Positions 1 through 8,719 of a stretch of 24,000 bases of DNA are shown one piece after another (the first letter of the stretch is position 1; the number at the start of each line of letters is the position of its first letter). Below the pieces are notes generated by a model. The model did no database searches, was not told the origin of the DNA, and saw nothing but the letters and a program-made list of their open reading frames with translations. The translations under genes and the position numbers were made by a program. Origin of the DNA: Lysobacterales bacterium (GTDB lineage: Bacteria; Pseudomonadota; Gammaproteobacteria; Xanthomonadales; Ahniellaceae); NCBI GenBank assembly GCA_050173995.1, contig JBFXKH010000025.1, positions 5,349 to 29,348 on the forward strand. The letters are read 5' to 3'.

Positions 1-821
1 ACGATGTGGGTGCGCTCTCGGTCACCTTGCTCGATGCAGCGGATCATCCGATCCTCGAACCCGCGGCCGGTGCGACCCCGGTGTGGCCCGAGGTGGTGGT
101 CCATGCCCTGTTCGACGCGGACTGCGATCGCGCCGGCGTGGTCGATGCCCTGCAGGCGATGCTGGGCTGGCTCGGTCCGGAACAAGTCGCTTGGCGGGCG
201 GTGGAAGACGCCGACTGGACCCGCGCCTGGATGGACCAATTCCAGCCGATGCAGTTTGGTCGGCGTACCTTCATCTATCCATGGAATATCGAGCCGCCAA
301 CCGACCCAGCCGCCGTTGTCGTGCGGCTCGATCCCGGGCTGGCGTTCGGCACCGGCACCCACGCCACCACCGCGTTGTGTCTGCAATGGCTCGATGGACT
401 CGATCTCGACGGCCGCGTGCTGATCGATTTCGGCTGCGGTTCCGGCATTCTGGCGATCGCCGCGCTCAAGCTCGGCGCCGCGCGGGCGATCGGCATCGAC
501 AACGATCCGCAGGCGCTGATCGCCAGCGCGGACAATGCCGAGCGCAATGCGGTCGATGCCCATCTGCAACTGTTCGCACCAGAGCAGGCGCCAGCGATCG
601 CGGCCGATGTGCTGGTCGCCAATATTCTGGCCGGTGCCTTGATCGCGCTTGAAGATCGGCTCGCGGCGCACTGCAAACCGGGCGCGTTGATCGCGCTGTC
701 GGGCATCCTCGACGGCCAGCAAGACGAGGTGATCGCGGCGTTCGCCGATGATTTCCGCGATCTCGAAGTCGCCCGCCAGGACGGTTGGGTGCGGATCAGT
801 GGTCGGCGTCGCGGCGCATGA
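1..821 (+). CDS. prmA: Ribosomal protein L11 methyltransferase (PrmA), 5' end cut by window edge
   Basis: Open frame from the window start; SAM-binding motif 'VLIDFGCGSGILAIAALKLGA', 'IGIDNDPQA', 'DVLVANILAGAL' (NPPY-like ANIL motif) and C-terminal 'LSGILDGQQDEV' typical of PrmA. Confidence 0.95.
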   Translation, partial: DVGALSVTLLDAADHPILEPAAGATPVWPEVVVHALFDADCDRAGVVDALQAMLGWLGPEQVAWRAVEDADWTRAWMDQFQPMQFGRRTFIYPWNIEPPTDPAAVVVRLDPGLAFGTGTHATTALCLQWLDGLDLDGRVLIDFGCGSGILAIAALKLGAARAIGIDNDPQALIASADNAERNAVDAHLQLFAPEQAPAIAADVLVANILAGALIALEDRLAAHCKPGALIALSGILDGQQDEVIAAFADDFRDLEVARQDGWVRISGRRRGA

Positions 822-831
822 GGGTGGGCCG

Positions 832-1320
832 ATGCGGATCACCCTGATCGCCGCCATCGACCAGCACATGGCGATCGGTCGCGGCGGCCAACTGCCTTGG
901 CGGCTGCCCGATGACCTGCAACGTTTCAAGGCGCTGACCCTGGGTAAGACCGTGCTGATGGGGCGCAAAACCGCCGAATCGCTGGGCCGGGCGCTGCCAG
1001 GTCGAACCAACCTGGTCTTGACCCGTCGATCGAGCGCGCCGTTTTCCGGGATGCAGGCGGTCGCCACCCTGGCCGAGGCCCAGGCGATGGCCGGCAGCGA
1101 GCTGGTGGTGATCGGCGGCGGCGAAATCTATGCCCTGACCCTGCCGCTCGCCACCCACCTGCAACTCACCCGGGTCGCGCATAGCGTTGAGGATGCCGAT
1201 GCGTTCTTTCCGGCCTTCGCCGAATCCGAATGGCGGTTGCTCGCGCACACGCCACACCCGGCCGACGCCCGCCACCGCCATGCCTTCGAATTCCTCGATC
1301 TGCAAAGAAAAGCGACGTAG
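832..1320 (+). CDS. folA: Dihydrofolate reductase
   Basis: ATG at 832 gives MRITLIAAIDQHMAIGRGGQLPWRLPDDLQRFKALTLGKTVLMGRKTAESLG...VIGGGEIYALTLPLA, classic DHFR motifs. Confidence 0.96.
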   Translation: MRITLIAAIDQHMAIGRGGQLPWRLPDDLQRFKALTLGKTVLMGRKTAESLGRALPGRTNLVLTRRSSAPFSGMQAVATLAEAQAMAGSELVVIGGGEIYALTLPLATHLQLTRVAHSVEDADAFFPAFAESEWRLLAHTPHPADARHRHAFEFLDLQRKAT

Positions 1321-1325
1321 CCCTT

Positions 1326-1524
1326 GATCGCGTAGCCTGGATGGAGCGCAGCGGCTCTCAACAGCGCAGCTGGTCAATCCGGGGGCTTTTGATCGCGTAG
1401 CCCGGAACAAGCGCAGCGGCTCTCAAACGCGAAGTGGGTCATCCCGGAGATTTGATCTGTCGATTCACCATCCCCGGATGACCAGCTCCGCTGTTGCAAG
1501 CCCGCTGCGCTCCATCCGGGCTAC
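1326..1524. repeat. REP/BIME-like intergenic repeats between convergent folA and apaH
   Basis: Direct copies 'GATCGCGTAGCCTGGATGGAGCGCAGCGGCTCTCAA' (1326-1361) and 'GATCGCGTAGCCCGGAACAAGCGCAGCGGCTCTCAA' (1391-1426), plus an inverted copy 'CCCGCTGCGCTCCATCCGGGCTAC' (1501-1524). Confidence 0.75.
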
Positions 1525-1539
1525 ACTCTCGACCGAAAG

Positions 1540-2394
1540 CTAGCCTTCCGCGCTCTTGCCCTTGGGATCGGCGCGCGCCGCGCAGGCCACGCTGATTACC
1601 CGCGGTTCCGGGCCGAGTTCGAGCGCGGTCAGCCGCCCGCCCCAGACCGCGCCGGTATCGATCGCATGCACGCCCATGCCCTGCATCAGGCCGAGCGCCG
1701 ACCAATGGCCGCAGATGATCGGCAGTTCGCGCGGGCTGTGACCGGGCACTTCGAACCAGGGATAAAAACCGGCCTTCTGGGTGCCGGGCGGGCCCTTGTC
1801 GTCCAGATTGATACGCCCGGCCGGGTTGCAGTAGCGCATGCGGGTCAGCACATTGATGATGCAGCGCAGGCGCTCGTCTCCGCTCAGCGACTTGGACCAG
1901 ACTGCCGGACGATCGCCGAACATCGACTTGAGCAGGCGCCGGTAGTCCTTGCCGCGCAGCCGGCGTTCGACCTCGTGGGCGCGAGCGGCAGCGACTTTCA
2001 GTGTCCACTTCGGCGCCAGACCGGCGTGGACCATGGCGAAGCCGAGTTCGCGATCGACATGAAACAAGTGCCGCGCGCGCAACCAGTCGAGCAGAGTCTC
2101 GCGATCCTCGGCAAACAGCACGCGCTTCAGATCGGTATTGGCGCGGGCCTGGTCGGCCTCGCTGCGGATCGACACGGCGAGCAGGCTCAGATCGTGATTG
2201 CCGAGCACCACCGTGCTCAACGCATCCAGCGAATGGACCAGACGCAGCGTCTCCAGCGACTGCCCGCCGCGGTTGACCAGATCGCCGCAGAACCACAGGC
2301 GATCGCTGGACGGATCGAAGCGCAGCTTGTCGAGCAGGGCGGCGAGCGCGTCGTAGCAACCCTGAACGTCGCCGATCGCGTAGGTGGCCATCAA
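1540..2394 (-). CDS. apaH: Bis(5'-nucleosyl)-tetraphosphatase, symmetrical (diadenosine tetraphosphatase)
   Basis: MMATYAIGDVQGCYDALAALLDKLRFDPSSDRLWFCGDLVNRGGQSLETLRLV...VVLGNHDLSLL; GD-GD-GNH calcineurin-like phosphoesterase motifs of ApaH. Confidence 0.96.
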   Translation of the reverse strand: MMATYAIGDVQGCYDALAALLDKLRFDPSSDRLWFCGDLVNRGGQSLETLRLVHSLDALSTVVLGNHDLSLLAVSIRSEADQARANTDLKRVLFAEDRETLLDWLRARHLFHVDRELGFAMVHAGLAPKWTLKVAAARAHEVERRLRGKDYRRLLKSMFGDRPAVWSKSLSGDERLRCIINVLTRMRYCNPAGRINLDDKGPPGTQKAGFYPWFEVPGHSPRELPIICGHWSALGLMQGMGVHAIDTGAVWGGRLTALELGPEPRVISVACAARADPKGKSAEG

Positions 2395-2768
2395 TGCAGA
2401 GTGCGCGGCACGGACAGCGTGAAGCGCGGAATCTCGGCGTCGAAGGCGGTGCCGTCGTCGGTCAGCATGTGGTAGCTGCCGTGCATGGTGCCGACCGGCG
2501 CATCCAGTACCGCGCCCGAGGTGTACTCAAAGGCCTGGCCGGGTTCCAGATGCGGCTGTTCGCCGACCACGCCATCGCCACGCACCTCTTCGATCTTGCC
2601 GCTGCCGTGGGTGATTACCCAATGCCGACTGATCAACTGCGCCGGGATCGCGCCCTGATTGCGGATGGTAATGGTGTAGGAAAACGCGTAGCGACCGTCC
2701 TGCGGCGCGGAATGCTCCTGCAGGAACTGACTGACTACGCTGACCTGGATAGTGGGGGTATGGTTCAT
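2391..2768 (-). CDS. apaG: ApaG (Co2+/Mg2+ efflux-associated protein family)
   Basis: 125 aa 'IQVSVVSQFLQEHSAPQDGRYAFSYTITIRNQGAIPAQLISRHWVITHGSGKIEEVRGDGVVGEQPHLEPGQAFEYTSG...GTMHGSY'; ATGA overlap with apaH. Confidence 0.96.
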   Translation of the reverse strand: MNHTPTIQVSVVSQFLQEHSAPQDGRYAFSYTITIRNQGAIPAQLISRHWVITHGSGKIEEVRGDGVVGEQPHLEPGQAFEYTSGAVLDAPVGTMHGSYHMLTDDGTAFDAEIPRFTLSVPRTLH

Positions 2769-2847
2769 GCCGCCATTGTCGGTCAGCCGCGCACGCCGGG
2801 CAATGGGGTTCAGAAGACAGATGACAGAAGACGGAGGACAGACGACG

Positions 2848-2869
2848 GCGCGTAGCCCGGGCTACGCGC
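2848..2869. repeat. Perfect 22 bp palindrome GCGCGTAGCCCGGGCTACGCGC upstream of folC
   Basis: Exact self reverse complement read directly; shares the GTAGCCCGG core with the REP-like elements at 1326-1524. Confidence 0.8.
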
Positions 2870-2916
2870 GACTCGCTACCATCGGCGACCGCCCACCTGG
2901 TTTGATTTCGACTGCC

Positions 2917-4197
2917 ATGCACACTCTGGATGACTGGCTGCAGCACTGGCTATCGCTTGCCGATCGCGAAATCGTGATGGGTCTCGACCGGGTCGGCGCG
3001 GTCTGGTGCGCGCTTGGTGCGCCGGCACCGGCCGCCCAGGCGATCAGCGTCGCCGGCACCAATGGCAAGGGCTCGACCGTGGCCTTCATCGACGCCATGC
3101 TGCGCGCCGGCGGTTATCGGGTCGGGCGCTACACCTCGCCGCATCTGCGTCGCTACCAGGAGCGCGTGGCGATCGACGGGGTCGCGGTCGATGCCGATAC
3201 CCTGGTCGCCGCCTTTGCCCGCATCGAAGCGGCGCGCGGGACGATCCCGCTCACTTATTTCGAGGCCGGCACCCTGGCCGCCTTGCTGATCTTTGCCGAT
3301 GCCGGGCTCGATGTGGCGGTGCTCGAAGTCGGCCTGGGCGGACGCCTGGACGCGGTCAACCTGATCGACGCCGATGTCGCGCTGATCACCACCATCGATC
3401 TGGACCACCAGGCACTGCTCGGCGACAGCCGCGAGGCAATCGCCGTCGAGAAGGCCGGCATCCTGCGCCGCGAACGGGTCGCGGTGATCGGCGAGCGCGA
3501 CCCACCGGCAAGTCTGCTCGCGGCGGTGGCAGCCGTTGGCGCCCACGCCCGCTACGCCGGACGGGATTTCGACTGGCGTGCGCTCGGCGCGGACGCGGGT
3601 GCCGAGTGGGAATACCGTGGTCCAGGCGGCGCCTTGCGCCTGCCGGCGCCGGCCATGGCCGCAGCCGTGCAACGCGGCAACGCCGCCTGCGCGGTCAGCG
3701 CCGTGCATGCGTTGGCGCCGTTGTTGCATGTGCCTGATCGGGCCCTGGCCGAAGCCGTCGCCAGTACCGTGGTGCCGGGCCGTTTGCAGCGGGTGGCGAG
3801 CGTCCCGGAGATCGTGCTCGACGTCGGCCACAACCCGCAGGCGGCGCGAGCATTGTCGGCCTGGCTGACAGAGGACGGCAAACCCACCGACGCCGTGTTC
3901 GGCGTGCTCGCCGACAAGGATGTCGAGGCGATCGTGGCGGCACTGCGCGGCCAGATTCAGGTCTGGTACCTGTGCAGCCTCGACGCGCTGACCCCGCGTG
4001 GACTCGGCGTCGCGGCGCTGGCCGAGCGCCTGCGCGCGTTCGACCCGGGGCTGCGGATCGAATGCGCAGCGACACCGGCGGCGGCCTTGGCGGCGGCACT
4101 GGCGGCAGCGCGACGGCAGGGCGCGGCTGAACGGCGCATCCTCGGTTTCGGCTCTTTTTATCTGGTCGCGGCCCTGCAAGACGCCATACCCGTATAA
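2917..4197 (+). CDS. folC: Bifunctional folylpolyglutamate synthase / dihydrofolate synthase
   Basis: MHTLDDWLQHWLSLADREIVMGLDRV...ISVAGTNGKGSTVAFIDAMLRAGGYRVGRYTSPHL...FEAGTLAALLIFADAGLDVAVLEVGLGGRLDAVN; FolC motifs. Confidence 0.95.
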   Translation: MHTLDDWLQHWLSLADREIVMGLDRVGAVWCALGAPAPAAQAISVAGTNGKGSTVAFIDAMLRAGGYRVGRYTSPHLRRYQERVAIDGVAVDADTLVAAFARIEAARGTIPLTYFEAGTLAALLIFADAGLDVAVLEVGLGGRLDAVNLIDADVALITTIDLDHQALLGDSREAIAVEKAGILRRERVAVIGERDPPASLLAAVAAVGAHARYAGRDFDWRALGADAGAEWEYRGPGGALRLPAPAMAAAVQRGNAACAVSAVHALAPLLHVPDRALAEAVASTVVPGRLQRVASVPEIVLDVGHNPQAARALSAWLTEDGKPTDAVFGVLADKDVEAIVAALRGQIQVWYLCSLDALTPRGLGVAALAERLRAFDPGLRIECAATPAAALAAALAAARRQGAAERRILGFGSFYLVAALQDAIPV

Positions 4198-4327
4198 TCG
4201 CCGCTCGGCCCCGCGGGCTGGCCGGGATTCGCCCTTCCGGACAGACCTTGGGCGACCGGATTCCCAGCACACCGCGTTGGCCGCGGTCGCTTGGGCCACT
4301 GTCCCGATGATGCAAACCGGAAACCCC

Positions 4328-5338
4328 ATGGATCCCGCCCTGAAAAACCGCCTGATTGGCGCCAGCGTGTTGATCGTGCTTGCGATCATCTTTCTGCCGA
4401 TGTTGTTCGACGGCAAGAGCGGTGCCGAATCCGATCTGACCCGGATCGATATCGCCGATGCGCCGGCGCGCGATTTCGAGACCCGGGTGGTGCCGCTCGA
4501 TCTGCCGTCCGCACCGGGCGGTGTGGCCGCGGCGGCGGGTGTCGATGAAATCGCCGACGTGAATGCCGATGTCAACCAGCCTGTCGTGGCAGCCGCCAAC
4601 ACCGACCCGATCACCGCGCTGCCGACCGAGGCGGCGCCGATCGAAACGCTGGCAACGGTTACCGCATCCAGCAGCAAGCCCGCCGATGCCATGCCCGAAA
4701 CGATGCAGCCGGCGGCGGCAAGTGCAAGCGCAACCAGGCCGGTCGCGCCGGCCGCAGGCGCGGCCGACAACCCTAAACCAGATGCAGTCGCAGCGGCCGA
4801 GCCGACGACCAGCCGCGCCGGTCGCTTCGTGGTCAATCTGGGCAGCTATGCCAATGCCGATAATGCCCGCGAGCTTGGCGCCCTGCTCGGCAAGTCCGGG
4901 CTGCATCCGGGCTCGGAAGTCCTGGAGCGTAATGGCGCGCGGGTCACCCGCCTGCGGCTCGGGCCGTATGCCACGCGTGGCCAGGCCGAGAGCGTGCGAC
5001 TCAAGGTACGCGCCGTGCGCGCCGACGTACCGGCCAGCATCAGCGAAATCGACGACAGTCCGGCGGGTGATGTCGGATCGGGCAAGCCGCCACGCGCAAT
5101 CAGTGGCGCGTATGCGGTGCAAGTCGCGGTGCTGAGCGACGCGGGCCGGGCCAACCAACAGCGCGATCAGTTACGTGGTGCCGGGTTTGCCGCCTTCGTG
5201 GAAAAACTCAACACCGCGAACGGCGCGGTATTCCGCGTGCGGGTCGGGCCGGAGGCGAGCCGCGATAACGCGCTCAAGTTGAAATCCGGCATCAAGCAGC
5301 GCTTCGGGCTGGAAGCGATCGTGGTCGATTATCCGTAG
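4328..5338 (+). CDS. SPOR domain-containing (DedD-like) cell-division-associated protein
   Basis: N-terminal TM 'NRLIGASVLIVLAIIFLPMLFDG' as in DedD; C-terminal SPOR-like repeats 'GRFVVNLGSYANADNARELGALLGKSG..', 'GAYAVQVAVLSDAGRANQQRDQLRGAGFAAFVEKLNTANGAVFRVRVGP'. Position folC-dedD-cvpA-purF is the conserved gene order. Confidence 0.88.
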   Translation: MDPALKNRLIGASVLIVLAIIFLPMLFDGKSGAESDLTRIDIADAPARDFETRVVPLDLPSAPGGVAAAAGVDEIADVNADVNQPVVAAANTDPITALPTEAAPIETLATVTASSSKPADAMPETMQPAAASASATRPVAPAAGAADNPKPDAVAAAEPTTSRAGRFVVNLGSYANADNARELGALLGKSGLHPGSEVLERNGARVTRLRLGPYATRGQAESVRLKVRAVRADVPASISEIDDSPAGDVGSGKPPRAISGAYAVQVAVLSDAGRANQQRDQLRGAGFAAFVEKLNTANGAVFRVRVGPEASRDNALKLKSGIKQRFGLEAIVVDYP

Positions 5339-5387
5339 CCATGCTCACCCGCCCGGCCGACCCCGCAGCGCCACCCGCGCCCCGCCG

Positions 5388-5894
5388 ATGAACATCGCCG
5401 ATATCGCCATCCTGATGATCTTCGCTCTGTCCATGCTGATCGGCCTGGTGCGCGGGCTGATGGTCGAAGTGCTGTCGATCGTGATCTGGGTACTGGCCTC
5501 GGTATTGGCCTACCTGCTCGGGCCGGCGCTGGCCGGTTGGTTCGGCAGCCAGGTCGAACTCAATTCCCTGCGCATTTTTCTCGGCTATGGAACGGTTTTC
5601 GTGGCGGTGCTGATCGTCGGCGCGGTGGTGGTGTTCCTGATGAAGAAACTGATCGAAGGCACCGGACTCACCGGCACCGACCGCATGCTCGGCATGCTGT
5701 TCGGCGCCGTGCGCGGCGGCGTACTGGTGGTGATCCTGATCCTGGTGGTTGGCCTCACCCCGATCCCGAACGACGCCTGGTGGCAGCAGTCGCGTGCCGT
5801 CGCGCTGTTCCAGCCGCTGGCCGAACAGGCCCGCGCCTGGTTGCCGTCGAACGTGTCGGACAAAGTGAAGATGGTGCTGCCGGTCAGCGACTGA
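5388..5894 (+). CDS. cvpA: CvpA family membrane protein (colicin V production)
   Basis: MNIADIAILMIFALSMLIGLVRGLMVEVLSIVIWVLASVLAYLLGP... 4-TM CvpA; precedes purF. Confidence 0.93.
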   Translation: MNIADIAILMIFALSMLIGLVRGLMVEVLSIVIWVLASVLAYLLGPALAGWFGSQVELNSLRIFLGYGTVFVAVLIVGAVVVFLMKKLIEGTGLTGTDRMLGMLFGAVRGGVLVVILILVVGLTPIPNDAWWQQSRAVALFQPLAEQARAWLPSNVSDKVKMVLPVSD

Positions 5895-6013
5895 AGACAG
5901 AAGACAGAGGACAGAAGACAGAAGACAGAGGACCGCAACAGCCGTCGCCCCGGCGAACGCCGGGGCCCAGTGGCGGGTTCAGAGGACAGAGGACAGAAGA
6001 CAGAGGACAGAAA
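5893..6013. repeat. Heptamer (GARGACA)n tracts interleaved with REP-like element
   Basis: GAAGACA GAAGACA GAGGACA GAAGACA GAAGACA GAGGACc at 5893-5934, another tract at about 5981-6013; the first tract starts inside the cvpA TGA stop. Confidence 0.8.
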
Positions 6014-6100
6014 TTGCCGTCGCCCCGGCGAACGCCGGGGCCCAGTGGCGGGTCGTACCGCAGTGTCGGGCACTGGGTCCCGGCGTGCGCCGGGACGACG
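5942..6100. repeat. REP-like element: two direct copies and one inverted copy
   Basis: 'CCGTCGCCCCGGCGAACGCCGGGGCCCAGTGGCGGGT' at ~5942-5978 and ~6017-6053; inverted 'CACTGGGTCCCGGCGTGCGCCGGGACGACG' at 6071-6100. Confidence 0.8.
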
Positions 6101-6105
6101 ATCCA

Positions 6106-6140
6106 CCTAAAACCTAAAACCTAAAACCTAAAACCTAAAA
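6106..6140. repeat. Five perfect tandem copies of CCTAAAA immediately upstream of purF
   Basis: CCTAAAACCTAAAACCTAAAACCTAAAACCTAAAA read directly; ends 11 bp before the purF ATG. Confidence 0.95.
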
Positions 6141-6151
6141 GGTATGTAAGC

Positions 6152-7636
6152 ATGTGCGGCATCATCGGTATCGTTGGACTGAGCGAGGTGGCCGCGGCCC
6201 TGTATGACGGGCTGACGGTGCTGCAGCACCGCGGCCAGGATGCCGCCGGCATCGCCACCATCGACGGCGACCGGCTGCGTCTGCACAAGGCCAACGGGCT
6301 GGTCAAGGATGTGTTCCAGAGCGAGCACATGGCCAGGCTCAAGGGCCGCATCGGCATCGCCCACTGCCGCTATCCGACCGCCGGGTCCGAAGGCGCCGAC
6401 GAGGCGCAGCCGTTCTACGTGAACTCGCCGTTCGGTATCGCGCTCGGCCACAACGGTAATCTGGTCAACACCGCGGAACTGCGCCGCGAGTTGTTTCAGA
6501 CCGACCGTCGCCACATCAACACTGGCTCGGATTCCGAGGTGCTGCTCAATATCTTCGCCCACGAATTGCAGGCGGCCGGCGCCCTGCGCCCGGGCTCGGT
6601 CGATGTGTTCCGCGCGATCGCGGCGGTGCATCAGCGCTGCCAGGGCGGCTATGCCGTGGTCAGCCTGGTGCTCGGTCTTGGCGTGGTCGCCTTCCGCGAT
6701 GTCCACGGTATCCGCCCGCTGGTACTCGGCCGTCGCGACGGCGCCGAAGGCACCGAATGGGCGGTGGCCTCGGAAAGCGTCGCCCTCGATCTGCTTGGCT
6801 TCCGGCTGGAGCGCGACGTGCGCCCAGGCGAGGCGGTGATCCTGACCGAAGACGGCCGCCTGCTCGCCGAACAATGCGCCGCACCCGAGCGGCACACGCC
6901 GTGCATCTTCGAGTACGTCTACCTGGCGCGGCCGGATTCGATGATCGAAGACGTCTCGGTGTACAAGGCCCGACTGCGCATGGGCGAGCGCCTGGCGCAG
7001 AAAATCCGCAGGATCAAACCCGGCCACGACATCGAAGCGGTGATCCCGATCCCGGACACCTCACGCACCGCGGCGCTGGCGCTGGCCCAGGCGCTGGACG
7101 TGAAATACCGCGAAGGCTTCGTCAAGAACCGCTATGTCGGCCGCACCTTCATCATGCCCGGGCAGAGCGAGCGGGTGAAATCGGTGCGGCGCAAATTGAA
7201 CGCGATCGAACTCGAATTCCGCAACAAAGTCGTGCTGCTGGTCGACGATTCGATCGTGCGTGGCACCACCTCGAAGCAGATCATCCAGATGGCCCGCGAA
7301 GCCGGCGCGCGCAAGGTGTATTTCGCCTCGGCGGCGCCGCCGGTGCGCTTCCCCAATGTCTATGGCATCGATATGCCAGCCCCGGCGGAGTTGGTCGCGC
7401 ACGGCCGCAGCGAAACGGAAATCGAGGCGCTGCTCGGCGCCGACTGGCTGATCTATCAGGACCTGGACGACCTGATCGCCGCGGTCGCCGAAGGCAACGA
7501 GGCACTGACCGCTTTCGATAGCAGTTGCTTCAACGGCGAATACGTGACCGAGCTACCCGCCGGCTATCTGGAATCGATCGCCGACCTGCGCGCCGATCAG
7601 GCGCGTGCCGACCGACGCCAGCGGATCGACGCCTGA
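6152..7636 (+). CDS. purF: Amidophosphoribosyltransferase
   Basis: MCGIIGIVG...[17 protein letters not shown]-terminal Cys nucleophile and PRT motif '[39 protein letters not shown]'. Confidence 0.98.
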   Translation: MCGIIGIVGLSEVAAALYDGLTVLQHRGQDAAGIATIDGDRLRLHKANGLVKDVFQSEHMARLKGRIGIAHCRYPTAGSEGADEAQPFYVNSPFGIALGHNGNLVNTAELRRELFQTDRRHINTGSDSEVLLNIFAHELQAAGALRPGSVDVFRAIAAVHQRCQGGYAVVSLVLGLGVVAFRDVHGIRPLVLGRRDGAEGTEWAVASESVALDLLGFRLERDVRPGEAVILTEDGRLLAEQCAAPERHTPCIFEYVYLARPDSMIEDVSVYKARLRMGERLAQKIRRIKPGHDIEAVIPIPDTSRTAALALAQALDVKYREGFVKNRYVGRTFIMPGQSERVKSVRRKLNAIELEFRNKVVLLVDDSIVRGTTSKQIIQMAREAGARKVYFASAAPPVRFPNVYGIDMPAPAELVAHGRSETEIEALLGADWLIYQDLDDLIAAVAEGNEALTAFDSSCFNGEYVTELPAGYLESIADLRADQARADRRQRIDA

Positions 7637-7650
7637 ACGCCACGGTCAGC

Positions 7651-8484
7651 ATGGATACCTTGTCGGCGCGCAGCCTGGCTGCGCTGATGTGTGCCGATCC
7701 CGCGACCAAGATCGCCGCGACCCGCCGCCTGCATGCCGACCGGCAAGCCGGCGCGCTGGCATCGGAACAACCCGCGGCCGCAGCCGCGCCGCCGATCCCG
7801 GTGCCCGGCCGTCCCGAGCGCCCGCTGCTGGTCGCGCCGCGCGAACTGAAAAGTCGTGGACTGGGCAGCGCGATCGGCCGCGCCAGCCTGCTGCACGCGG
7901 TCGCGCATATCGAATTCAACGCGATCAACCTGGCCCTGGACGCGGTCTATCGCTTCCCAGGCATGCCGGAAGCGTTCTACGCCGACTGGCTGCAGGTCGC
8001 CGTCGACGAAGCCCGCCATTTCGACATGCTGGCCACCCGACTGCGCGCCATCGGCCACCACTACGGCGAATTCCCGGCACACAACGGGCTGTGGGCGGCG
8101 GCGTGCAGCACCGCGCATTCCTGCCTGGCGCGCATGGCCCTGGTGCCGCGGGTACTCGAAGCCCGCGGCCTGGATGTCAGCCCAGGCATGATCGAACGCC
8201 TGCGCCGCGCCGGCGACCACGACAGCGCCGCCCTGATCGAAATAATCCTGCACGAAGAAATCGCCCACGTCGCCGCCGGCACCCGCTGGTTCAACTACTG
8301 CTGCCAACAACAACAGCTCGACCCGGATACAACCTTCCTCGCCCTGGTCCGCGAACACGCCGCCGGCATCCTCCGCCCCCCGTTCAACCACAGCGCCCGC
8401 CGCGCCGCCGGCTTCAGCGAAGCCGAACAACTCGGCCTGCAACAACTGCTCGCCGAAGCCCCATCGCCCAAGCCACCGAAGTAG
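7651..8484 (+). CDS. DUF455 family ferritin-like domain protein
   Basis: 'HAVAHIEFNAINLALDAVYRFPGMPEAFYADWLQVAVDEARHFDMLATRLRAIGHHYGEFPAHNGLW...ILHEEIAHVAAGTRWFNYCC' with E..H / E.RH di-iron-like motifs of the DUF455 family. Confidence 0.88.
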   Translation: MDTLSARSLAALMCADPATKIAATRRLHADRQAGALASEQPAAAAAPPIPVPGRPERPLLVAPRELKSRGLGSAIGRASLLHAVAHIEFNAINLALDAVYRFPGMPEAFYADWLQVAVDEARHFDMLATRLRAIGHHYGEFPAHNGLWAAACSTAHSCLARMALVPRVLEARGLDVSPGMIERLRRAGDHDSAALIEIILHEEIAHVAAGTRWFNYCCQQQQLDPDTTFLALVREHAAGILRPPFNHSARRAAGFSEAEQLGLQQLLAEAPSPKPPK

Positions 8485-8719
8485 GATGGGCCCTTCGCCA
8501 TGCTCAGGACAGGCAAAGCGCAGCGTGCCCATCGACCGCCCAACCTCCACACCTCAAGCGAATCGCGAACCAGGGTGCGCTGCCGCCCGCTCGCATCGAA
8601 AGCACGCCCTGCCTGGTGAGTGAAAGCAGTTCAGCCCCAACCCGATCCTTATCGGGCGCAGTGAGGGTCGGCTGCGGGGTTTTATCCGCGATGCCGTGGC
8701 TTGCCAAGGAAAATTCGAC

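Noticed and set aside
2950-5158. Long minus-strand ORFs (2950-4836, 3695-5158) opposite folC and the SPOR gene
   Set aside because: Shadow ORFs opposite confidently identified genes, no recognisable motifs.
5893-6100. CRISPR-like reading of the repeated 37 bp units
   Set aside because: Only two direct copies and one inverted copy, GC-palindromic REP-like cores, no spacers of regular length and no cas genes.
6106-6140. Interpretation of (CCTAAAA)5 as a real telomeric or linear-replicon end
   Set aside because: It is embedded between cvpA and purF core genes in conserved order, so it is an internal microsatellite.
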